From Camelus ferus (taxonomy: Eukaryota), in assembly GCF_009834535.1 (NCBI RefSeq), contig NC_045696.1, positions 81,780,001 to 81,844,000 on the forward strand: DNA of 64,000 bases, given 5' to 3'. A program made the position numbers and the translations under genes. This document shows, in pieces, positions 13,306 through 26,307 of this stretch (position 1 is the first letter of the stretch; the number at the start of each line of letters is the position of its first letter). The notes below the pieces were generated by a model. It saw only the letters and a program-made list of their open reading frames with translations, had not been told where the DNA came from and did no database searches.

Positions 13306-14753
13306 ACTAGGATGTTCTGTTCAGACAGGGCAGGCCCTGGGATTCACATACATCTGAACTGCCTCTGGCCACCCCTTGTGAAATCCTAGTGACTGACAGG
13401 CAAGCACACCCATGGTCGGGGCACAAATATACAGCCATAATTTGCAAGCTTGGACAGAATAGAAGAGCTACAGAAGCCAGGATCTCAGCAGAGAATCTGT
13501 CATCAAAGACTCTGGCTGCATGAGCCAAGTGAGCCACAGGCATGAAGGTCAGAAGGAGGTTCCCTGGATTAACCAAGAGCCAGGAGCTCAGCCCAGAGGA
13601 GGAGGAGCAGCGAGTGCACGACCCAGGATACAGCAGTGGGGAGGGGCCTCAGAAGCCTCTTTCAGATCCTGAAGTCGCCAGGAGGGGCTCATCAAACCGG
13701 CACCTTTTACTCTAACTGTAACCTCCTTTTGCCTGGGACGCTGATTGGAAGAATTTTGTCACAATCCCAACCGTCCAACCACAGGAAGGTATGCTGCCAC
13801 CAGCCAGTGTTCCCCGCTGCTCCAGATGTTCCAGCAAGGGCTGGGCCTCTGCTCGTGGAGAATGTCATGAAGGGATTTTTGTAATCCCTTAGTGTATTCG
13901 CAGAAGCAGGCAGGAATGGCTTCAGGCTGTTTATTGTTTGGTTAGCCTTCGTTTCCTTCCTCTCCTCACCTCCAAAGGCAGGCTCCAACCTAATTCGATA
14001 ATGCCACCTAGCTGGTGAACTTCTAAGCCGTAATTATTTTCATCCTCACACAAACCTGCTTTTATCGTTATTATTCTTGGAGCCCGCTGAACGCTCAAGC
14101 ACGCCAGCAAACACCGCAATGACTCCCGTCTCCCGGAGGCCCTGCAGCCTTCCTTAGTTATAGCTGAGAAGTATTTTGAGAAACTTGAATTAAAGTGCTA
14201 GAGAAAGCACAACACACATTTATTGCTCATCTTGGAAAGACAACAGCAATGAGCTTCCAAAACTCTCCTTGATTAACATAATCTGGGAGTAATGAATATG
14301 GATATTGTCAACAGTCACTTAGAAGCGTGTTTTCTTTTGTACATTTTGTTCTCTCCAGTAAATTTCCAACCGAGAAAGGAAATGCCCCAAGCCCCTGTTT
14401 GCATCAATAAAGCAAGCTACTCAGAGGAATTACATGGAGGGAATAGAGCCAGGAAAGAATTCTCACTGCCTTCAACCTTGGTTTTGGTTGATTCTCTGTT
14501 TTCACCACAATTTCTAATTATCTATCAAATAGAAGTCATCACCTCCTTAACCAACCTGATACTTTCCTCAGTGTCCTTGTGACAGTTTCTGATGAAAGGC
14601 TGATCAGGACAAATATCCCAAAGGGTGTCTCCAGAAAGCACAGCATCCACAGTTGCCACCCGCAGAAGACAGTGGCCAAAAGGCCCAGTCACCGCCCAGG
14701 AAGAGAAAACAGAAGTACCTGTCTAACGTGTGGCTCCACGTGGAAAATGGCAA

Positions 14754-15268
14754 TGGATCAGTCAGGGTTCCCCAGAGAAAAAGAACCAACAAGATTTACA
14801 AAGATACATATGAGGAGATTTCTTATAGGAACTGGCTCACAGGTCATGGAAGCTGAGAAGTCCCACGATCAGCTGTCTGCCAGCTGGAGAACCAGGAAAG
14901 CTGGTGATGGAATTCGGGCTGAATCGGAAGGCCTGGGCATCGGGAGGGGCCGACGGGGTGAGTCCTGGTCTGAGTTCAAGAGCTCAAGAACCAGGAGCAC
15001 CAGTGCCCAAGGAGAGGAGCAGATGGACGTCTCAGCTCCAGCGGAATCAGTGAGTTTGCTCTTCCTCTGCCTCTCTGTTCCATTCCAGTCTTCAGCGGAT
15101 CCAGTGGTGCCCACCCACACTGACGAGGGATCCGCTCCACTCAGTCCACCAATTCAAAGGTAATCTCTTCCAGAGACACCCTCACAGACACACCCAGAAA
15201 TCATGTTTTACCAGCCATCTGGGCATCCCTTAGCCCAGTCAGGTTGACACATAAAATTAACCATCACA
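14754..15268 (-). mobile_element. MLT2B-like ERVL solo LTR
   Basis: tggatcagtcagggttccccagagaaa...gctgagaagtcccacgat...gttgacacataaaattaaccatcaca with TG...CA ends. 5-bp TSD ggcaa (14749-14753) / ggcag (15269-15273). Confidence 0.9.
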
Positions 15269-15302
15269 GGCAGTATCTGCTTTTCCACACCAGCAATTAT
15301 TC

Positions 15303-15482
15303 CCAGGGCAGTGGACCCCAGACCTGCCGTGCTAGAATCACCTGGGGAGCTGTAAGGAATCATGTATCTAAGCAGCACCTCAGACCAATTAAACTGGGAT
15401 TTCTGGGGTTGGGGCCAGGCACCAGTGTTCCCGAAAGATCCCCAGGTAATTCCGCTGTGCAGCCAAGTTGGAGACACCGCTG
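15303..15482. mobile_element. MER5B-like fragment
   Basis: tagaatcacctggggagct...cagaccaattaa...tccccaggtaattcc...gcagccaagttggagacaccgctg. Confidence 0.65.
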
Positions 15483-16094
15483 CCTCACTCAGCAGCAGGC
15501 CCACACGTCACTCCCCTTTGTACATCAATCCTGGGGCTGCTTTATCACCCAGCATGATTCTTCAGTTAACAGCACAGCAGCTACAGTGCGCTTTTAAAAA
15601 TGTAAATCATATTGTGACGCTCCCCCGAAAAAAAACCCTCCCATGGCTTCTCACAGCACTTAGAATCAACACTGTCGTCTTGGCTTGTGAGAGCCTCAGA
15701 CGCACCTTCAGCAGGAGAGTAAGCACACGAGCTCGGCAAGTGGGGAAGTGGGGCCAAGCTCTGCCCTTGTGGGCTCTGTGACTTCCGAGGGGCTACCAGA
15801 CCTCTCCCAGCCTCCTGTGCCTCGTCTGTAAGTGCAGATTGGTTATAAGGATTCAACTGGTTGACAAACTTAAAGCTCTAACATGGCACTCAAATCCTCC
15901 TCGTCACCCATCCCAGTCTCACTCAGTTCCCAGAGCAGGCACCCATCTCCCTCTCTGGCCCAGCTCTGCAGGACACTCTCCCTTGACACGTGGCATGACT
16001 GGCTCCTTGCCACCACTCAGGAGCCAATGCCATGACCGCAGAGACCCTCTTGCCCCTTCCTCACCCTGTCTGGTTTCCTTCATAGCCTATATTC

Positions 16095-16526
16095 ATGCAC
16101 TAGGGCCATACTATACTTTGCTATAACAAAGCATTCTGTCTTAAATAGCAGAAACTTACTGTCTCACAGTTGGAGGCTGGAAGTCTGAGATCAAGGTGTT
16201 GGCAGGTTGTGCGGACAGCTCTGTCCCAGCGCTCTCTCCCAGCTTCTGCAGGTCTGCTGGCCACCCCTGGTGCTCCCTGGCTTTGAGATGCTTCACCCTG
16301 ATCTCTGCCTTCATCTTCACGTCTCATTCTCCCTGTCCAATTTTCTCTTTTTATAAGGACACCCACCAGGCATATTGGATTAGGGCCCCATCCCACTCCA
16401 GCATGACTTCATGTTAACTAATTACATCCTCCATGACTCTATTTCCAAATAAGGTCACATTCTGAGGTAGGGAGGGTTAGGGCTTCAACATATAAGTTTG
16501 GAGGGGACACAACTGAACGTGTAACA
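16095..16526 (-). mobile_element. MLT1B/C-like MaLR LTR
   Basis: tctcacagttggaggctggaagtctgagatcaaggtgttggcagg...tatttccaaataaggtcacattctgaggta...gggacacaa. Confidence 0.85.
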
Positions 16527-16962
16527 TATCCCTTATCCCTCTCTACAATGATCTGATTTTCTTTTTCTACCCCTGTGTCGAATTGTGTTGTCTCTCCTCA
16601 CTGCATGTCATTGCTTATACTGTCTGATTTTTTTGCAATAGCCATGCTATGCTTTTGTAATAAGAAAAATAATAAAAAGCTTTTCAGGAAAAAACAAAAG
16701 CAAAGCTTCTCCCTTGCACTGTGATTTGGGAGTCCATCATCTCCTGTTCTGGACTGGAAGCTCCAAGACAGCGGGAACTACGTCTTTGCATCCCTGAGCC
16801 TAACACCATGCCTGTCACATAACAGATTCTCAGGATATGCTGGCTGAGTTGAAATTAAACAGATATATACCTTGATTTCCCCATAAGAGCTCCAGAGCTT
16901 GAGTGAAGCAACTGTTCTTGCAGCCTTCCTGGTATAGATGTGATACATCTTCTCACAAATCT

Positions 16963-16993
<31 letters not shown>

Positions 16994-17444
16994 GAATGCT
17001 GACACTCTAGGCTTTTGAATGACTCTGGCATATACCGTGGCATTATCCAACTGTACTGATATTTAAGATGTTGTCAAAAAATTAAAGCATGGTATGAAAA
17101 TTTCCTCCTGTCAAATCTAGGAGGAAATTAAGCCAGTAGGTCCATCACTCAACCCCTGTGAACTAAACTGCCACATTTTACCTGATTCTTCTAATTAGGC
17201 CGTTTGCAAAGCCTTTAGATGCAGACAAGTGTTACATTAAGTGCTAAGTAGTATTTATTAATAATATTGGTAGATTACATTGGCTGGTACCTGTAAGTGT
17301 AAATGCCGTACGGTTATCAGCACAGAACTTGGAATCAATGTTCCAGTTGTCCTTCAAAAATTGTTTATAGAATTTTACAAAGAAAGAAACTTCATATAAC
17401 CTTGGCGTTTTCTAACTTGACAAAACTTTAGAAATCATCTAATA

Positions 17445-18045
17445 TAATAATTCTTAAGTCCATCAGACCTAACACCCTTTTTGTAATAAATGTTTTGTCA
17501 CACCCCTCTTTAATATCCTAAAGCAAAATTCATGGGCAACCTACCTGTATATAACATATTTCAGTACGTAAACACTCAGAAAAGTACAAATGAAGTCAGA
17601 AGATGCTTGCACTGTATGACAAATCACTGTAAATGTGCCAGTTTCAAGTAGCAGGCTGTTACAGGGGAGCTGAAATCAGAGATGCAGCCCCAGCGGTTGC
17701 ATGAGAGGGAGCTTTGGTTTCCTAAATTGGTGATGAACTCCTCTTAAGCTCCAAACTAAAGAATTTACAATCTTTCTTCAATTTATTCTATGATTGCCTT
17801 CCTAGAAAAGTTAAGGTGCTTGTATATTAAAACCATTCAAAATAATCCCATGTAGAACTGAGTTAGATTTTAAGTTCAGAACATCATAAGCAGAATTTTC
17901 ATCTACAAGAATGTCTGGTGAGATATTTGAAAATAGTATGACCCCACCCCACACATTGAGCATCTCAGGGGCCCAACCACCAAATGCCACAAACACTCCC
18001 TCCACCCCAATCTTTCAAAAGAGCAAAAATTTCTCAAAACATTTT
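17445..18045. mobile_element. Charlie4a-like hAT element (degenerate)
   Basis: catcagacctaacacccttttt...aatatcctaaagcaaaattcat; a related copy lies at about 35.3-36.1 kb. Family name tentative. Confidence 0.5.
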
Positions 18046-18618
18046 TCATTTCATTTGACAGCAAAGTTCTAAGACAATTTCATGGGGTGGCATTGCTCCT
18101 CTTGAGAGTCACAGATTTAATTTTACATCCTTATGTAAAAAATGAGAACTTGTGTCGCCAAAGAACATGCTCAAGAATCACAGACCAAGTCTTGGTGAAG
18201 TCAGGTAAGAAGCACCTAGACTTTGACAGAGAGCATTTTCCTCATGCCAGGCACTGTCTTAAGCTCTTTTTTAAATATACACTAATTTAACCTTCACACG
18301 AACACAAGGCAGGAGGAGGCTTTATTATCCCCCTTACACAGTTGAAACTGAAGCAAAGAAACGTGCAGTAACTTACCCAAGGTCCCAAAGCTGCAGGTGG
18401 CAGAGCCCTGACTCAGACCACCCTCTTCAGAATGACTATACGACACAGTGCAAACTCTGGACTGTCATTTAGGACTGGAGGGGACACAAAGGGGTAAAAA
18501 TGCAAGCCTCCCACATTATGAGTACACAGGACAGAGCTGCTCTACCAGGTCAGTATGCTGACATCCACCCAGGCCTCCAAATCACCTGGTCTCATCTTCC
18601 TCTTTCCTGCAGACATTC

Positions 18619-18663
18619 ATGCCCAGGAGAAGACTACTTTCAGTTCCTCTGGACCTTTCCTAA
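18619..18663 (+). promoter_or_regulatory. Upstream ORF 1 (MPRRRLLSVPLDLS*)
   Basis: ATG 18619 to TAA 18661-18663 inside the inferred 5'UTR; weak context (TTCATGC). Translation not shown. Confidence 0.5.
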
Positions 18664-18685
18664 AAGGGAGATCTCTGCTCACTAG

Positions 18686-18709
18686 ATGAGTTCCAGAAGC
18701 ATCCACTAA
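18686..18709 (+). promoter_or_regulatory. Upstream ORF 2 (MSSRSIH*)
   Basis: ATG 18686 to TAA 18707-18709; weak context (TAGATGA). Translation not shown. Confidence 0.5.
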
Positions 18710-18765
18710 GGCTCCCATCGCCCTCTTCCATCAGTTGACCTTCACCACAACCCACATCGCTCAGG

Positions 18766-19069
18766 ATGAGTGGCTTCCTCGCGTCGCTGGACCCCCGGAG
18801 AGTGCAGTGGGGGGCCGCCTGGTATGCCATGCACTCCAGGATCCTGCGCACCAAACCGGTGGAATCCATGCTGGAGGGGACTGGGGCCACCACAGCGCAT
18901 GGCACCAAGCTAGCCCAGGTGCTCACCACCGTGGACCTCATCTCTCTTGGCGTTGGTAGCTGTGTGGGCACTGGGATGTACGTGGTGTCCGGCCTGGTGG
19001 CCAAGGAAATGGCAGGACCTGGCGTCATTGTGTCCTTCATCATCGCAGCCGTTGCGTCCATATTATCAG
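18766..19069 (+). CDS. SLC7A14: SLC7A14 first coding exon (exon 2), codons 1-101 plus 1 nt
   Basis: [36 protein letters not shown]...[15 protein letters not shown]...[19 protein letters not shown] is recognisable SLC7A14 N-terminus with APC TM1/TM2. Donor TCAG|GTAAGG; 304 nt, phase 1. Confidence 0.97.
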
Positions 19070-21399
19070 GTAAGGGTCTCGGTGCAGGGGAAGGCCTGTG
19101 GAAAGCGTGCTTGCCAGCCTGTTACTGTTCATCCCACTCTTCTAGAGTATTTAGTGGTGAGATGCATGAAGTGGCAGAGAAATGGTTATCATGCTCCCTT
19201 TTTGCCTTGACTCCAGGGAACTCAGTGCTAGGTTTTGGCTCAGTTGTAGTAGCTTCCTTTTTCTTTGGTTTTTTTGATCCAAATAATTATTCTGGTGCCT
19301 AGCCATGGTCCAACTTCTCATGCCCTGTCCTGTTCTAATGGCTCTGTTTTTATTCTAACTCTCCCTTTCATGGGAAGGTAGGTCAATCCCTTTGTAGATG
19401 GTGGATATAGCCAGGATATAAATAATATAGAATGGATAGGCATAGTCACAAAATGACAAGTCAGTAAATCTGATATGATTGGGATTTGATGAGCCTCAAA
19501 CTGGCATTGTGATCTCCAAGCAGGAGGAAACAAAGCTAGGAAACATAAAGCCATTGTGAGAATCACAAAGCACCATCTGCCAGAAGCACTTCGACAGAAT
19601 GATACTCTGCAGAGGTAGCTCAGCTAGTGCCTTCTCTCTCCTTGAGAAAGAATCATAAACTCAGGGTTTTTGTTGTTGTTTTTTTTTTTAATGAGGGACC
19701 GGGACTTGCATGTTGATAGTTTCTGAAACAGCTCTCCTATTTCCTTTTCCTTCTCTTCTCTTGAGCTGCGATCCATAGTATCTTCCCAGAATACCAGGGA
19801 TGGGTCAATGGATGACTTGAAAAAGAAAGAAATGGAAAACTTCCTGCTTTTTGATGGTTATATTGCAAAAGCATGAGGCTTTGCTGAGTTTTGGGTGGCA
19901 GATCACATGGGTCAATTCATGTACTGGCAGTGAATGTCGTGGCCTCTTCAAATGTGTCTAGGAATGCTAATTTACATCAGGAGTTCTGTGTACTAATGCG
20001 TATCATCCCAAGAAAAGTTCTGCATTATATTGTACATTCAGACTAAATAGTCTTCATCCATGTGGGATACACAAACCAGGGTCATGTAACCAGAAAGTGC
20101 ATGGTTTATATTTGACATTCTTCTAATTTGATGAGGACGGTATTTTCAGACTGATTTTATTTATCTCCTGTCATGGCTCATATCCTTGTTAGTTTTACCA
20201 TCATCTTTTCCTGAATTCATTCTCTAATATGCATGAATATCCTAATAATTGAGGTTCCTGCAGAACAGAGGATTTTTTTTCCTTATAGATGAAAATAAGT
20301 TATTCACATTAATAAATTCTGTGGATGCTTGAAATTCTATTAGCCTGATTGCAATCATTTTCAAACTTATTTGGCAAAGAAATTATTTGGGTGAAGTTGC
20401 CAGATTCTTATTCACCAGAAATTTATAAATCTAAAGATGTTAGCATACAGAACAAAATACCAATGTTAGGAGAAAAGGCAGGCATATAACCATGGGTCCT
20501 ACAGAGGATAAGGGCAGATGGCTAGGAGTCCTGTCCAGTCAATGCAGACTGCACAGTCTCCTCTATGCCCCATCCTATTACGATCCAGTCCCCCAGACCA
20601 CGATGCCCCACCGGTGAATCTCGCACATCTTATCTTTCATTGCGCTACATTACGTTTAGAAACCAGAAAAAGGCCCAGTCACATTCTGGGAGCCTGACTC
20701 CTGACACTGTGCTCGTGGGCGCTATAAACCTAGACTGGGGCTGTGGTGGGAGTATTTACTCCACAGAAATTGGCAAGTGCTACAAGTCAGAGTTTGTTTG
20801 TTGTTTGTTTTCAGAGGGTGAGTGGTTAAACATTTACCAGCACACCACTGACCTAGCTCCACCCACAGCCCTGATACTGCCCAGTATTTGGTGCCTTCAC
20901 TACTGCACAGAAACCAAAAGAAAACCCTGCTTTTCCCTCAGTTAGGGACACCCCTCTCTGCAGATGGCCTCATCCATAACACTTCCCTATGCTTTGTAAC
21001 TGGCTCATCTCCCAGCTGAGGCTGGCCAGAATCCTCCTAGAGCCCCGAGCCAGGCTCGGGACCAAAATAACTGTACCAAAGTCAGCAGCATTTTTAGATC
21101 AGGTTTCTTCAGCCAGGCTCCTCACTCTATGATCTTTGTCACTAACCCAAGGAAAGTCCCCCTCCAATGTCTTCTTTCTACCCCACACCATCATCTCTGT
21201 ATCACCTCTCCTTGACCTAACTTCCCACTGCTTCTCTGTATCACAATAATCAAGGCTCCCTTTATCCTCAGACTTTTTAATACATGGTCCTTTCCTCTTT
21301 CTGGCTCAACCCTGAGAACGCTGTAGCCTGGAAATGAAAATACGAAGAACATGAAATAGAAGGATAGAAATGAAGACAAAGAATAGGGTTTTTGAAGTT

Positions 21400-21635
21400 A
21401 AGATTTCAGCAGTGATCAGTAACAGTAAGTTCAGGCTTGGAACCTGGCTCAGCCACTGACCAGCTGTGAGGCCCTGAGCAAGTTGTATAACTTCTCTGAG
21501 CCTCAGTTTCTCCACCTTGAAAACGGTGACAATAATACCTACTTCATAGAGCTGTTGTAAAGACTAACTGAGACGTCTGTAAAATGCCTGTACAACACCT
21601 GGCACGAAGCACCTAATAAGTGGTTATTATTATTT
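21400..21635 (+). mobile_element. MIR SINE
   Basis: aacttctctgagcctcagtttctccacc...aataatacctacttcatagagctgttgtaaagactaactgaga. Confidence 0.8.
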
Positions 21636-21864
21636 TGTGCCAAGTCTTGTATTAGGAGCTTGACTAATAATCACATTTAAAACTCATAATATCTCTTCAA
21701 GGTAGGTTTTATTACCTCCAGTTTTACATATGAGGAAACTGAAGTTTAAATAACAGAACCTAGATTCAAATTTTTTATGCCAGCAATATCTTCCAACCCT
21801 GACTACGAATTTAAATAACTTGGAGAACTTGTTTCTGAATAATGGATTGGGGGGAGGGGCTCAG

Positions 21865-22822
21865 CTTTATTGAGTTGCAATTACATACAGTAAAACTGAC
21901 CCTTTTAAATAGACAATTCTATGAGTTTTGACCAATACATACAGTTGTGTAACCTCTACCATAATCAAAATACGGAAGAGCCTTTCACCCCCAAATAATT
22001 CGTTTATGTTATCTCTTTGTGATTTTCCCCTCCTGCCACCGCCAACCCCTGGCAACCACTGATCTGTTTTCTGTCTCTATACTTTGCCTTTTCCATAACA
22101 TCATATAAATGGAACCATTCAGTATGAAACCTTTTGAGTTTCGTTTCTTTCACTTAGTATGATACATGTAAGATTCATTCATGTTGTGTGTATCAACGAG
22201 TCATGACATTTTATTTCTGAGTAGGATCCCATTGTATGGCTATTCCACAGTTTGTTTATTCATTTACTAATTGAATAACAACTGGGTTGTTTTCAGTCTG
22301 GGGCCATTATGAATAAAACCATTATAAATATTTGTGTACAGGTTTTTGTGTGAACACAAGTTGTCGTTTCTCTTGTGTAAATACCTAGGAGTGGAATTGC
22401 TGGTTGTGTGGTAAGTGTATGTTTAACTTTATAATAAACTGCCAAACTTTTTTGGCTATATTATTTTTCTCTCTTACCAGCTACATGTGAGAGTTCCAGT
22501 TGTTCTGTTCCTTGCCAGCACTGAGAATTGTCAGGTGTTTTTTGTGGTCTGTCGTGTTTGTTTGTCATTTTAAAAGGTGTGTAGTGATATGTCAATGTGG
22601 TTTTAATTTGCATTTACCTAATTACTAACATTTTGAACATTTTTTATATCTTTATTTGCCATGACTATATATTCTCTGGTGAAGTGTTTGTTCAGATCTT
22701 TCGCCCGTTATTTAATTGGGTTCTTCATTTCCTTAACTTTGAAGAGTTCTTTATATATTTTAGATACAAGTCCTTTATTAGGTGTATGTTTTTGCAATCA
22801 TTTTCTCTCAGTTTGTGACACA
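21865..22822 (-). mobile_element. Old L1M (L1MB/MC-type) 3' end, antisense, interrupting a MER5B-like element
   Basis: tttattgag...catacagtaaaa...cccctggcaaccactgatctgttttctgtc...atacctaggagtggaattgctgg. MER5B-like pieces at about 21781-21834 and 22858-22980. Confidence 0.85.
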
Positions 22823-23999
22823 TTTTAAAACTTTATTTTAATTTCTGTTTATTTTTTTAAATGCTCAGGCTTCACTCCCAGAGATTCTAATTCAACTGGA
22901 CTAGGGTAGAACCGAGGGATTGGTATTTTTTTAAGTTTCCCAGGGAATTCTGACATGAGGCCAAGGTTAAGAATTACTCTATTATAGGAAACAGGACCTA
23001 CCTCTGCTATACCCATGAACTACAAAAAGAGGAAACATATGTGAAGATGGAGACTATTTGGCCAGCAGATGATAAGGATTTTTTAAATTTTTCAAATTTT
23101 CGTCCTAGTGTCATCATCCCCGACACCAGGCAAACCCGCTTATAACATGAAACAAATCTGACTAAGAGAGAGAGCATCTTTCTCTACAATTTGACAAGTA
23201 ACTTCCCAGGCTCCTCCTACCATTCCTGCCCCAGCACCATTACTGCCCACAGCCCTATCACAGGTGGAGGGAAACTTATCAGAGGAAGCAGCTTGTGCTG
23301 TAGCCTTTACCCTTCGTCTAAATGGTCTTATCTACTCTTCAATAGCTCAGCAGCCCACAACCAGACCCTATGCCCATGCCAAACCTTAAAAACCCTTTTG
23401 TATATATCAGATTGTATAAACCAGATAGGGGAAATCATTTTTCTTCCTTCCACCTACAGCTCTGTTGAGAGATGAGGGATGGAGGCAGGATGGTTTACAG
23501 AGGTTTTCTAGTTCAGCTGGCTTGGGATGAAACACAAAGGAAAGCTTCTGTGCCAGGGAAATCTGGCCACTTAAAGCAACCTGCCCCAAGAGATTCCTAT
23601 GAACATGAGTGGGGAAATAGTTTATTTCTAGTTCTTTTAATAGTAATAAAATTGAACCTCAAACAGAGTATAGGTCTGAATGACTCCTAAGCTCGTGCAG
23701 TTTCTACAATATCCCTTCTAACCCATGTCTCAGTTGGTTTTGGTAAGGATTAAATGGCACTATGCATGCACAGCATCAATCCCCTGTCTGGTGCACAATA
23801 CCAATGATCGTTACCATCTGCTCATAAGAAATACTAGCAAAAATCTAATAAGATATGGTTCAGGAAAGCTGTATTGAGTATCCACCACATGCCAGTCCTG
23901 GGGCAGCACCAAAAATAAATAAGAAGTTGTCTCTACCTAAAGGACCCATCATTTATTGGAGATGAACACTAAACCAGATGAGTAATTACAGCAATAACA

Positions 24000-24000
<1 letters not shown>

Positions 24001-24040
<40 letters not shown>
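24001..24040. repeat. (TAA)n microsatellite at the tail of an antisense MIR
   Basis: About 13 TAA units, followed by catttattgagcacttactgtgtacc...acagatgagaaa. Confidence 0.9.
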
Positions 24041-24041
<1 letters not shown>

Positions 24042-24304
24042 GTAGCAGCAGCTCCCATTTATTGAGCACTTACTGTGTACCAAAAGAGTTCTAAGTGCTT
24101 TACACATTATCTTACTCAGTCTTCACAACAACCTTATGTGGTAAGTGGCGTTATTATCCTCATATTACAGATGAGAAAAAGGAGGCTTCTGAAAAGTTTG
24201 GTAATTTGCTGAAGGCTCTTGCTTAAGAGGTGCCAGAACAAGGAAGAGAGTGAAAGCAGTCTCACCCAGAGCCCACTGCTTACTCACTTTGCTTTCCTGC
24301 TCCA

Positions 24305-24775
24305 GTATTAGCAGGTTAGGATTAGGTTCAATTGATACAGCAGAAAGCTAAAAATGAGAAGTCATTTCACTTCTTTCTTGTATAAAAAGAAGCCTAGAGG
24401 GAGGTGCTACTGTGGCTCTGCAGTCACAGGCACTCAGGCCCCTTGATCCTTCTGCTCTACCATCCGATACTTGGCTTCCATCTTCAAGGTGACTTCAAGA
24501 GCCACAACGGCTACTGAAGCTCCAGTCAATCTGTCTAAGTTCCAGAAGGAGGAAGGAGAGAAGGAAGTTGAGGCAGGTCATCTCCCACATTTCTGTCCCT
24601 TTTTAAAGAAGCTTCCTCAGAAGTCATTTCCTATGACTTCCACTACATTGCCGAAGACCTGCACACTCACACAGCAAGTGAGACGGAGAAATGTCGTCTT
24701 CTGACTGCGTATACTGCCAACCCAAGTATCACAGGGGTTCTGTCAGTGGGAAAGAAAAGGAAAACTAGGCTGTCA
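24305..24775 (-). mobile_element. Old MLT1 (J/K-like) LTR
   Basis: gtattagcaggttaggattaggttc...caggcactcaggcccctt...ccttctgctctaccatc; degenerate. Confidence 0.5.
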
Positions 24776-26307
24776 CGGCCACATCTATAATGGATGCATA
24801 GCCCCTAAGCCCTCCAGTTTGCTGAGGTCAAGTTGTTTCAAAACATATAAGTAAAACTGGTTCTGATTCCCAGTAATGTACAGCTGGAAAATCTAGAGTC
24901 TCCCTCAATAAACCTAGGGAGTCACGAGCTTGCCTTCCTCCTGCTTCATCCAACTCTGCGTCTCTGCTTTCGTGGAGTCTCTGTCTCCACTCTCCACTTC
25001 ATTTTACTTCTGCCTTTTTTATTTATCACATCATCCAACTGGGTGGCAATCCCTTCTCTCCCCCAAGTACCAGCAAGGTAAGGTCATACGTGCAGAGGAT
25101 TTTATGGAAAGTTTGGGCCAGAGATGGGAGATATAACACAGTCCATCCCAGCAGACAGCAAGCTTACAACTGAGTATAGGATACTCCAATTCCCCTGTCT
25201 TTAGAAAATGCCCACCAACCCTCTCTTCCCCTTGGCTCCATCCTCCAGCCCCACTGATGGGCAGCCTTTCTCCTTCAAACTCACCTTCTACTCTTTGGCC
25301 TGCTCTCTGTCAAGTCCTAAAACCCTTGTCCAAATATCCAGAGCAGTCTACGTATCTCTCTATCTCCCACCAAGTTTATCCTGGCCATTCTCAAACACTA
25401 TCATCCTCTAACCAAAATGCTCCACCAAGATAGTTTATTTAAATAGAGTGAGTTCTAGAGGAGGGATTTGGGGGCCAAGGCAGGAAAGTTAGCTATCATT
25501 CTGTGGTCATTGAGAAGTTCAGTGGCACAACTAGATCTGTATTTCAGTAACGCAGTGGGGAGAGAATAGAGGCGGAGAAACGGGCTATGTGCCTACTGTA
25601 CAGGACAGGCAAGAGACGATGAAGCCCTAGGTCCTGACAGTGGTTGTTGACAGGAAGCTTACGATGGAGAGGATCTGGGCATGGCTGGATGAGGGAGGGT
25701 GAGGGAGAAGGATAAATGCTCTTTCTAGCTGAGAAAGGACACATAATGTATGAGAATGTTTTTGAGATAATGCCATTAGAATAATGGATTACAATACCAT
25801 CCTGGTGACAAAAAGTGACAGGAGAAACAGAAAACTCTAGTAAAGAGGATCCTTACAGAACACCACGAGGGACAGTAAACTAATCTTTTTGTGTAGAATG
25901 CTGCATACAATGCTTTCATGTAGCACCTCCTTTCCATCCTCACCAACACAGTGGAGCAGCGAGGGGGAGTTTAGTTCTGCCCTCAGATGAGGAGCCAGGG
26001 GTTCAGAGGTTAAAAGAACTCCCTGAGAGGCAGGCAGATATTTAGTGCAGAGCCAGAACTCAAATCTAAGAGTGCAGGACTCCGAAACTCACGGTCCTCT
26101 ACTTCAGCAAGCTGCCGCTGAGATCTTTGAATCCAATCTCTCCCATTAGATGTGGATTAGTAAATTGCAATGGATGAGAGGGTCTAAAAAGCAATAAAGA
26201 ACCATCACACCGAGTAGTATTTTTCTTGGCACTCCTAGTTTATGGCTTAGCACTAGGATTGATAATTTATATTTCCTGCCATCCTCATTTGCTCTTTTCC
26301 ATCTTCT

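Larger units (their letters stand above)
18613..18765 (+). other. SLC7A14: SLC7A14 5'UTR part of the first coding exon (exon 2)
   Basis: Polypyrimidine tract tctcatcttcctctttcctgcAG ends at 18612, 153 nt upstream of the ATG at 18766. Confidence 0.8.

Noticed and set aside
14579..15163. 194-aa ORF
   Set aside because: Mostly inside an MLT2 LTR, non-ATG start and no recognisable protein features.
1..18612. SLC7A14 promoter or first exon
   Set aside because: No CpG island or convincing first-exon signal; the region reads as repeat-rich intron.
18660..19061. 133-aa minus-strand ORF
   Set aside because: Antisense shadow of the GC-rich coding exon 2.
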